A stretch of 64,000 nucleotides of DNA from Lama glama. Its lineage: Eukaryota. Positions within the stretch are counted from its first letter, which is position 1. Every line of letters starts with the position of its first letter. Where the stretch lies: the NCBI GenBank assembly GCA_028534125.1, contig CM052818.1, positions 18,354,001 through 18,418,000 on the forward strand, written 5' to 3'. The notes below the pieces were generated by a model. That model ran no database searches. It saw nothing but the letters and a program-made list of their open reading frames with translations, and was not told the origin of the DNA. The position numbers and the translations under genes were made by a program. Shown in pieces: positions 27,185 to 36,732 of this stretch.

Positions 27185-28418
27185 CTCCAACCTTCATCCA
27201 ATTTGCAACAAATCTATTTTAAGGCAAGATGTTGATGATGTGACTCAGGCGAGGGGTCAGAGAGTCTCTGTAGCAGAAGAAGATGAGTCCAGTTATGCCA
27301 AAGTATTTGACATGATGTACAGTGACTTTGACTATGACTTATGCAATGAAGTGGTTGATGTGACTTGCTCCCCCGAGCCAGATGCATTCAATCCGTGTGA
27401 AGATATTATGGGGTATGATATCCTCAGAGTCTTGATATGGTTTATTAGCATCCTGGCCATCACTGGGAACATCATCGTGCTGCTGATCCTGGTCACCAGC
27501 CAATACAAACTCACAGTCCCCCGGTTCCTTATGTGCAATCTGGCCTTTGCCGATCTCTGCATTGGAATCTACCTGCTGCTCATAGCGTCCGTTGATATCC
27601 ACACCAAAAGCCAGTACCACAACTACGCCATTGACTGGCAAACTGGAGCAGGCTGTCATGCTGCTGGCTTTTTCACTGTCTTTGCCAGTGAGCTCTCAGT
27701 CTACACTCTGACAGCCATCACGCTGGAAAGATGGCATACCATCACCCACGCCATGCAGCTAGAATGCAAAGTGCAGCTCCGCCATGCTGCCAGTGTCATG
27801 CTGGTAGGCTGGGTCTTTGCTTTTGCAGTTGCCCTCTTTCCCCTCTTTGGCATCAGCAGCTACATGAAGGTGAGCATCTGCTTGCCCATGGATATTGACA
27901 GCCCCTTGTCACAGCTTTATGTGATGTCCCTCCTTGTGCTCAATGTCCTGGCCTTTATGGTCATCTGTGGCTGCTACACTCACATCTACCTCACAGTGAG
28001 GAACCCCAACATCATGTCCTCCTCTAGTGACACCAAGATTGCCAAGCGCATGGCCATGCTCATCTTCACGGACTTCCTCTGCATGGCACCCATCTCCTTC
28101 TTTGCTATCTCTGCCTCCCTCAAGGTGCCTCTCATCACTGTGTCCAAGTCAAAGATCCTCCTGGTCCTGTTCTACCCCATCAACTCCTGTGCCAACCCCT
28201 TCCTCTATGCCATCTTCACCAAGAATTTCCGCAGGGATTTCTTCATTCTGCTGAGCAAGTTTGGCTGCTATGAAATCCAAGCCCAGACTTATAGGACAGA
28301 AACCTCATCCAATGCCCACAAGTTTCATCTAAGAAATGGCCACTGCCCTCCAACTCCCAGGGTTACCAATGGTTCCAATTACACACTTATCCCCCTAAGC
28401 CACTTAGTCCATAACTAA
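27185..28418 (+). CDS. FSHR: FSHR exon 10 coding part (1234 bp incl. stop): hinge, 7TM domain, C-tail
   Basis: tttttctag|C acceptor; ORF 27171..28418 has FDY (sulfotyrosine site), [17 protein letters not shown] and NPFLY, ending in TAA. The hinge and tail match FSHR rather than LHCGR or TSHR. Confidence 0.99.
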
Positions 28419-28621
28419 AACACAGTGTGCAAATGTTTCTGAGTGTTGTACAATAATTACGTCTTGCCTTTGAAGAATATGTCATGGCATAACTGACAAG
28501 AGTATTTCTACATAGTTCATCAAATTTAATCTTCCTGGCACATCTATAAGGTAAACTGGTCAGAAACTATTAACTTTGTGTGATAAATTAGGAAGCTGAA
28601 GTATTAATAACAACACTAATA

Positions 28622-28627
28622 ATTAAA
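28622..28627 (+). terminator. Probable FSHR polyadenylation signal (ATTAAA)
   Basis: ATTAAA ~200 nt after the stop, followed by a T/GT-rich stretch (tttgttttctgctttgt). Confidence 0.6.
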
Positions 28628-28699
28628 ATAATGTAATACTACATCACATTTGTTTTCTGCTTTGTAATGTTCACAGTCCTTTTGTTCAGATCATCTCAA

Positions 28700-28855
28700 C
28701 TGATCCCTATAAATGTCCTATTAAATAGGCAGAACAGGGATTATTCTTGGAATTTCACAGATGAGGACACCAAGACTCAAAGGGTTAAGTGACTTGTTCA
28801 AAATTGCTTGATTTATAAGAGGCAGAGCCAAAATTAGGTGTTCTGACTCCCAGAG
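28700..28855 (-). mobile_element. MIR SINE just 3' of the FSHR poly(A) region
   Basis: tttcacagatgaggacaccaagactcaaagggttaagtgacttg. Confidence 0.8.
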
Positions 28856-28930
28856 AACTTCCAAGAGATGCAGCACAATGTTCATTCAGTCAGTCAATCA
28901 GTCACTCAACAAATATTTATTAAACACCTA

Positions 28931-29530
28931 TGTGAAGGCTTTGTAACGTGTCAACTTGAGTAGGCTGAACTACATTTCCCAGAATTCCCTTTCTTATATG
29001 TTCCCCATTAGGGTGGGCCCCAGGAAAGATTCTTAGGAAAACAGGAGGGCAGAAGGGAAGCTGCAGCCACTCTGTCACTCACACACCTGTTGTTCATTGG
29101 CTGATTCAGCTCACTGCTGTGAAGCAGCAGCTGGGCCCACGATTGCTCCACAGTCCCCTGGATCCTTCTTCAGGTTCTCTACCTCCTGAGCCAGTTTTGT
29201 GTGTTTAGGTCCTTGATGAAGAAGCTCAGAGTCTTCAGAACACTTTCATAACCAAGGTCAGGGCAACAAGAACAGAAATGGAGCTCAGGTGGACCTTGTG
29301 GGGTTTCATCTTGTGCTTGTGGTTTCAAGCATGCTTGTGATCCTCCCTTCATGACTACCTGCCCTGGGGAGCTCAAGTTCCTGCGTCAGATGAAGAGAAA
29401 ACATCCTTATAGAGACTGCTTAACCAACCTCCACAACTGTGTAAGCCAGTTCCCTGTAACAAATGTCTACCACATAGATACACACACACATACATGACTG
29501 GTTTGGCTTTAGTTGAATCCTTATTGATAG
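28931..29530 (+). mobile_element. ERVL LTR (MLT2-like)
   Basis: tgtgaaggctttgtaacgtgtcaacttg start; ccacaactgtgtaagccagttccctgtaacaaat...ctggttt end. Confidence 0.65.
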
Positions 29531-30214
29531 AAGATACAACCTATATGGCATGCATATGGATTATAATGTAAAAACATAGTAGCTTTGGAATCAGAGCTGA
29601 GATTTTATTCTTGCTCCATGGTAAGCCAGGACTCCTCCTCTCTAGGCTCAGTTTCTTCCTTTCTTCCCGCTTCCTCTGTAAGCGGGAGTTAGTTATAATA
29701 TTTAACTACTGGGCTTATTATAAGAATTGGGCAAGAAAATGGGCATAAAGCACCTAATGCTGTAACTGGCTTGATAAATGCTAGTTTATTTCCCTCCTCC
29801 CAGATCAATGCCTGGGCTAGTGCCTAGTTCTCCTGACCCATGATCTAGGACTCATTCTGTTACACCATACTGTTCCTAATAATTAACTATATTTCCCATA
29901 TCTATTTTCATCAATGACCCCACCTCGACAATTTGGATCATAAATGCCAACCACAAATCCGCATCAAGCACTGTGCTGCGGCCAGCCCACAAAGCTCTGA
30001 GTCTCCTCTCAGAGTCCCCCTTCACATGTTGAAGCCAATCCCTCCTCTTGCTCCATGGTAAACATTTCAAAAGTTGGTCCCAAATGCATTAACAAAGAAG
30101 TCCTTATATGACTGAAGAAAAAGTGATCATCTCTGCCTTTATGACCAGACACCATCTTGATTTATTGTGAGTACTGAGTGAAGATTATAATAATTATCCT
30201 CGGAAATAGTTGAG

Positions 30215-30545
30215 AGCTATGCTGGTCAGTACAGGAGCCGCTAGCCACCTTGTGGCTATTGAGCACTTGAAACATGGCTAGCCCGAATTGAGACATGCCG
30301 TAAGTAAAAGAAACACTGGATTTCAAATACTGAGTGCAAAGAAAAAAAAGAACTATAGTATCTCAATAATTTTGATATTGATTATATATTTGAACAGCAC
30401 TATCTTGGACATACGAGATAAACAGATTTTAAAATTAATTTCACCTATTTCTTTTTACATTTTTAATGTGAGTACTAGAACATTTAAAATTACATACATG
30501 GAGCATGTTTATGGCTCATGTTAAATTTCTATTGGAGAGCACGGC
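30215..30545. mobile_element. hAT-Charlie MITE (MER33-like)
   Basis: ctagccaccttgtggctattgagcacttgaaacatggctag...tttctattggagagcac. Confidence 0.8.
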
Positions 30546-30596
30546 TCTAGAGCTGTATGAAAAGAAAGGATTTTCACTTAGCATTTTCCTCCTGAG

Positions 30597-30744
30597 GTCC
30601 CCTTACCACACTGCCACACAGTTAGGCTGTCCCACCTTCATCTGCAATCATTTTTCTTCTCTGTTCATGGCCAGAGGGAATGTATTTCTGAATTTGGACT
30701 CTAAAGCAACTAGCAGCCAAATTAAAAACAGGATACAGTATTAA
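30597..30744 (+). CDS. FSHR: Putative alternative terminal exon ('exon 11' homologue of ovine FSHR2/FSHR3 isoforms)
   Basis: Pyrimidine tract plus AG at 30595-30596. In frame with exon 8 it reads (L)SPYHTATQLGCPTFICNHFSSLFMARGNVFLNLDSKATSSQIKNRIQY*. It resembles the ovine isoform tail ICNHFSSLFVARGNIFLNLD as I recall it. Usage in this species is unproven. Confidence 0.5.
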
Positions 30745-32219
30745 TTATTCCACAACATAGCTGTCGATAAACCACTGGTTTAACAGATAGTGGTTCTGAG
30801 AGTCAAGAATATATTCACAGATAAACATACACCAAGAGAAGCTCAGAAGACTTCTATTCCATTACTGTCACAACATTTCCTGGTAGGAGATAAGACTTTT
30901 CTTAAATAAGCAAACATATTTTTAGGTAGCTAAATTCAGCGTTTTCTAAACTTTTGGATAAGTCCTAAAGGAAAAACACTTTCTCCATTTCCTGTATTTG
31001 GATAAAAACAATTGGAGTCCAGTATTATCAATCACGATTCCCCATAAACAATGATTATACGGGTAACAACACCTCTAGTCTGTACTTCCCAGCGTGGTGC
31101 TTTAGTACCAGAGTGGTGACCCAGAAAGGAAAAAGGAGGAGGAAAGAGGAAAGGCAAAGGAAAGAAAACACAACCAAAAGACATGTCAACAGGTTATTCC
31201 ATGATGTTCTTTTTCTAAAACTTTTATTTCTACTCTCGAACACCATAAAGAGGGCCAGCAGAACTCCCAGAGATTTCTTAAAGTACCCATGCCTCCAGAT
31301 GTGATGTTCAAAATATTAACAACTGGTACAACTCAGGTACTGATCTCTCAGCATGACTCTGGCAGTGAGCAATCCATGTGGCCCTCCTGGTACAAAGTGA
31401 GTGAACACCAGCCCTGCACATTTACCTCCCACCCCCTGACCTCAACCTGGACCTACTCCCAAGTCTCTTTCCTCAGGCTTTAACCCACCAACAACTCCTT
31501 CAGTTCCACCCTGGCCAGCTTCTCATATCACCTTCCTCCTCAACCCCCTTTCCTCCAGATCCTCCTTCACCAAATCCCAAGAAGCTGTCAGACAATATAG
31601 GACCCTCGTTGGAGGGGTCAGATCAAAAGAGACTAAGTAAATCCAGAAGCTTTTAGGGAACAGAGCCAAATGATAACTGGGTATATAGAGTAATAATTTT
31701 TATTTTGCCACATACCGAAGCAGTAATGGGGGGATGGGCAATGATACTGTCAACTGTATTTCACTACAGGGCTCCATGTATTAAATATAAGGTACCCTTC
31801 AGACGCTGTTTCTGGAAGGGATATAGGGAGGGAGAAATAAAACAAGAGGAAAGTCCTTCTGCGCTTGCATCGTCAAGATGTGATGGATCTTACTAGAAGT
31901 CATACTCTGCCTTATTTAGGCCAGAATATATAACATTCATCAGAAAGTCAGAAAAAGATCACTGAGACTGATTTTTTTATCCTAGTGTGACAGACACAAG
32001 CCTTGAGTTTATAAACTTATTTCATTTTATCAGAAAAGTTTACAAAAAGAATGAAGTTTCAGATTCTGGATAGTAATCTGGATGGAGAAAGAAGGCAGCA
32101 TTAGAGAAAGAAGACAAGTACATAGAGTGTTTGGTCAATTGAATATATAACATTAAAGGAATTAACAAGAAGTCAACACAATATAAAACTCAACCACGAG
32201 GTTATGTTTGCTGGTTCTC

Positions 32220-32620
32220 ATAAAAATCTTTTCAGCTGCAAGAAGGAGAAACTCCAACTAAAAATGTCTTAAACAATAAGGTCAATTATATAAAATGCTC
32301 CAGACATGGATGGGCAGCTCAGGGATCTCAAGAACCCAGGACCTGTCCATGTTTTTGCCCTGCCTTCCATGGAAAGTTCAGCTACATTTCTCTCGGGGTA
32401 ACAAGGTTGCTGTAACAGCTGCAGACAGCATAGGTAGGCATGAACAAATCCTGAGACAAAGCAAGGAGATCTTTCCTTCCATGCATCTCTCTTTTCAAGG
32501 AAAGACAATTTCTTCCCAAAGACTCGCAGCGAACACTTCTTCCTACCCACTATCCAAGAATGCTACCCTTGCTCTAAGACAGATGGGAGAATGAACCTCT
32601 GCCACATTTGGCCTCTCTAG
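32220..32620 (-). mobile_element. Old MaLR (MLT1-like) LTR remnant
   Basis: ttcagctgcaagaaggagaaactccaact...cttaaacaataagg; caaggttgctg. Confidence 0.5.
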
Positions 32621-34079
32621 TGGAAGGATGGCTCTGCCAGCCAGGAAGGCAGAAGTGGATACTGCAGTGGGAGGAATGTTGGTAATCTCATCCTCCAACC
32701 TGAGTCAACCCAAATCTTCTCCCATGGGATGAAAACCACAAGGCTCAGGGTCAGGATGCATATGGCACCTTCACACCTCACATTTCGTGCCCCCACCCCT
32801 CTCCCCTCCACTTCCTACCTAGAGCCTAGAGTCCAGTTCCTCCTCCCCATGTTAATCTGTTCTCCTCCTCCCTGGAACAAACTCTACAAGTTTCTTGGAA
32901 CTTAAAGCAACCACTAGAGTCAGACATTGCCCAATAAATGCCCTGTTTGAGGCAAGATATAGAAAAGAAAATGGAGAAAGGATAGATAAAAGAAAAAAAA
33001 GGAAGAAAGAAGTGAAAGAAATGCACCAGAATAGGAAGAAGGGAGACCTGAAGAGGAGAGAGAGAAAAGGGCGGGACAAATTAAACAAAAGAGGAACATG
33101 GAAGGGAGCCAGGCCCTGATGGTGTTTCTTTGGCTAGCACTTGCTCATCTTGGTCTTAAAACTCTTTCAACTTGTTGCCAAGAGTTCTATTCAAAACACT
33201 AAATAAGCTCAGCCTTAGATACCAGTAGAAAGGTCCACTGGTCATACAATGATGTTTAGACTTCCCGGTGCCCCACGTACCATGATCTGGATCCCCAACA
33301 AGCTCTAGTTTAAAGGATGAGTAATGGAAAAATATTTCTGAAGGTCTTCAAAGCCTGAATGTTTCACTTCAGACATTAATGTAAGGGCAGCTTGATCTTT
33401 TTCAAGTTCTTCATAATATTCTATTCTCTCCGACAGCATTATCCACAGCCCCTGTGAATTTTGTTCTGGGGTAGATACGTCTCAAAAGTGCTCTCAATCC
33501 CAAAGGTTGTAAGAGCACCCCATTTGTGCACTCTTGCTTCCTTTTCTTCTATTTTCTTTACTACACAGAATTTATGAATCTTGACACATTTTTTATAAAC
33601 AAATACAAAAAGAGAAGGATATAAAAATCATCTTATTTTTAGTGCTATTTTCCACATAATAAGATGCAAAGAACATTTTCTGCTCTGCATTTAGAGAATT
33701 TTCAGGCAATATTTCCCCCACGTATCATTACCTAGGATCATTTCAACTTCCAGGTATTAATGAGGTGTATAAAGATGAGGTTTGGGTGGAGAAGGTTTTA
33801 AGCTGTTTCATAAACAGCAGAAGGTTTCCTGTCTCCAAAAAATGAATCTACCAAATAGTTATGTTTCTGTTTTCCTTTAGGTATATGTGTGAAGAGTGGG
33901 GATGGAGAAAGAAGAGAAGAGAACTGAAAAACAAAATGCCAGTAAGAATACACTGCCTCTGTCTATAAAGTGATGGGAACCCTTCAAAGGACACATCCCT
34001 GCAGAAATCCTGACAAAATTCTCTCCATCTATTCCAAGGACTGGGTATATGGGATTGGGTGCTTAGTTTGAAGTAAGAG

Positions 34080-34455
34080 TAGATACACTCTCCAGAGACA
34101 GAGTGCAAGCCATCTAGGAAGACAAGGGAGTGAGAGGCCGGGAGGCACAGTGTTGATAGTATTTATGAGCTCCGCAACTCCATATGCTAATAGGTGGAAG
34201 GATTATTCCAACTACTTTTGAGGAAGGGAGTGGGATTCCCAAGAGCTGGGCCACTGCCCACTTGTTGACCTTTCATGGTCAGCCAAGGAATAGTCATGGC
34301 ACCTGTTGGAGTGCCATTTACCATGCTTATATATTACAGTGAGCATATAATGAAGTTCAAGGTCTACTGGAAGTCAAATCTCCCACCATCTTGGGCCTCA
34401 AGACCTACTGGGAGCTGAATTTTCTACCACCTTGGTGTTAACTGCTGTGTCATAC
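34080..34455 (-). mobile_element. ERV1-class LTR fragment
   Basis: atgctaataggtggaaggattattccaactac...tgggccactgcccact; internal ~35-bp imperfect tandem (aaggtctactggaag...ccatcttgg / aagacctactgggag...ccaccttgg). Confidence 0.55.
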
Positions 34456-34898
34456 CTTGAATGTCTGTGCCCTGCCCACTTCCTTCCTGACTTGGTAAGT
34501 ACTAATGACAAGACACAAATCAGGGAAGCAAGAAAAGATATAAAATACCAGGGAATAATTAAAGGTCTCCCTGAAAAGGTGACTTTTGACTAAAAATAGG
34601 AAGGAAGTGGAAAGTGAGACAGGTGGATAGTGAGGGAAGGTTGCTCCAGGCAGAGGGAACAACAAGCTCACAAAAGCCCTCTGGCTAGGATAAGCCTACT
34701 GTGTTCTAAAAATAAGGTCAGTGTGGCTGGAGCAGAGAAAAGGGGGCTGGAGAAAGCAGCAGGAGCAGGGACAAAAAAGACAGGGAGCCAGATCATTTCG
34801 ATAACTTTATCTCTAAAAAGGTGAAGGAGAAGTGGCAGAAAAATATCAGAAAGGCTATAGCAAGAATTAATTGAACTAATGCGTGGAGACTGCCAGCC

Positions 34899-36732
34899 TA
34901 GGGTTAGGGTTAGGGTTAGGGCTAGGGGTAGGGCTAGAGCTACGATGAGGACTAGGTTGAGGGCTAAGGTTAGGGCTGAGCTAAAGTTAGCATTTGGGTT
35001 AGGGTTAGAGCTATGTGAGGGCTTGGTTGAGGGCTAGGTTGAGGGATCAGTTGAGGGTTTGGGTTAGGGCAAGGGTTAGGACTAGGGTTAGGGCTAGGAT
35101 TTGGGCTAGGGTGAGGGTTAGGTTTAGGGTTAGGCCTATGATGAGGGCTAGGGTGAGGGCTAGGTTGAGGGTAAGGTGAGGGCTAGGGTTAGAGCCACAT
35201 GAGGGCTTTGCTGAGGGCTGGGTTGAGGGATAAGGTGAGAGTTTTGGTCAGGGCTAGGGTTAGAGCTAAGATTAGGGCTTGGCTGACAGCTAGGTTGAGG
35301 GCTAAGTCGAGGACTACAGTAGGGTTAGGGTTATGTCTAAGTCTAGATGAAAGGTTAGGGCTAAGCTTAGGCCTAGATTTTGGTCTAGGGTTAGGCTGAG
35401 GGTTAGGGTTAGGGTTATTGTTGGTTATGTTTAGAACTAAGATGAGGGCTAGGTTGAGTGCTAGGTTGAGGGCTAAATTTAGGATTAGGTTTACGGCTAG
35501 GGTTAGGACTATGGTTAGGGCTAGGGTTAGGACTATGGTTAGGGCTAGAGTTAGGGCTAGGAGTTGGGGTAGAGTGAGGTTTAAGGTTATGGCTAGGGTT
35601 AGGGTTAGTGATTGGGTTAGAGTTATGGCTAACATTAGAGCTTAGTTGAGAGCCAGGGTTAGGGCTTCATTGAGGGCTATGGTTGGGGTTTGGGTTAGGG
35701 CTAAGTTTAGATCTAGGGTTAGGGCTAGTTTTATGGCTATGATTAGGGCTAGGGTTAGGATTATCAATTGGGTTTGGGTTAGAGCTAAGATTAGGACTTG
35801 GTTGAGAACTAGGTGGGAGTTCAGTAGAGTGCTACAGTTAGGATTAGGATTAGGGCAAAGTTTAGATCTAGGGTTAGGCCTAGGTTTAGGGCTAGTGTTA
35901 GGCTTAGCGTCTGAGTTATGGTTAGGGCTAAAATGAGGTCTAGGTTGAGGTGTAGCTTGAGGGCTAAGTTGCAGGCTAGCATTAGGGCTATGTTTAGGGT
36001 TAGATTTAGGGCTCGATTTAGGGCTACGGTTTGGGCTAGGGTTAGGGCTAGGGTTAGGGCTAGGGGTAGTGTTAGCGATTGGGTTAGGGTTAGAGATAAG
36101 ACTAGGGCTGGTTGAGAGATAGGTTGAGTGCTAAGTTGAGGGCTTTGGTTAGGCTTAGTGTTAAGGATAAGGTTATAGCTAGGGTTAGGGCTAGTGACAG
36201 GTTTAGGGTTAGAGCTAAGAATAGGGCGTGGTTGTAAGCTAGGTTCAGGGCTAATAAGAGTGCTATGGTCAGTGTTAGGGTTAGGGCTAAGGTTAGATCT
36301 AGGTTGAGGTCTAGGTTTAGGCCAAGGGTTAGAGCTCGGTTTAGGGCTAGGGTTAGGGTTAGCAACTGGGTTAGGGTTAGAGTTAAGATTAAGGCTTGGT
36401 TGAGAGCTCGGTTGAGGGCTAAATTGAGACTTACAGTTAGCAGTAGGGATAGGGCTAAGGTTACATCTAGGGTTAGGGCTAGGTTTAGGCCTAGGTTTTG
36501 GTCTAGGGTTAGGGCTAGGGTTAAGGTCAGCATTTAATTAGAGTTAGAGCTATGATGAGGGCTAGGTTTGGGCCAAGTTTAGGGCTATGTTTAGGGCTAA
36601 TATTAGGTCTATGGTTAGGGCTAGGCTTTTATGTTAAGGTTAGAGCTACAATGAGGGCTTGGTTGAGGGATAAGGTGAGGAGGGATTGGGTTAGGGCTAG
36701 TGTTAGGCATCGATTTAGGGCTACATTTAGGG
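34899..36732 (+). repeat. Interstitial telomere-like array, degenerate (TTAGGG)n, ~1.83 kb
   Basis: 6-nt periodic TTAGGG/CTAGGG/CTAGGT/TGAGGG/TTAGAG/CTAAG variants, G-rich on +, with sharp boundaries to non-telomeric flanks. Confidence 0.95.

Noticed and set aside
27332..28254. Antisense and alternate-frame ORFs overlapping exon 10
   Set aside because: Shadow ORFs of a GC-richer coding exon, with no independent support.
27246..28373. Ala307/Asn680 residues, Phe for the human tail Cys in SKFGC, and loss of the human N318 sequon
   Set aside because: As far as I recall these are ordinary states in non-primate FSHR.
32955..33110. Purine-rich tract giving Lys/Arg/Glu-rich and Phe-rich ORFs
   Set aside because: Low-complexity GA-rich DNA, not coding.
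35189..36533. Minus-strand Leu/Ala/Thr/Asn-rich ORFs resembling membrane proteins
   Set aside because: Simple translations of the (CCCTAA)n-like strand.
34899..36732. True chromosome end or telomere-telomere fusion point
   Set aside because: Ordinary sequence continues on both sides, the repeats are heavily degenerate, and no inverted CCCTAA block is present.
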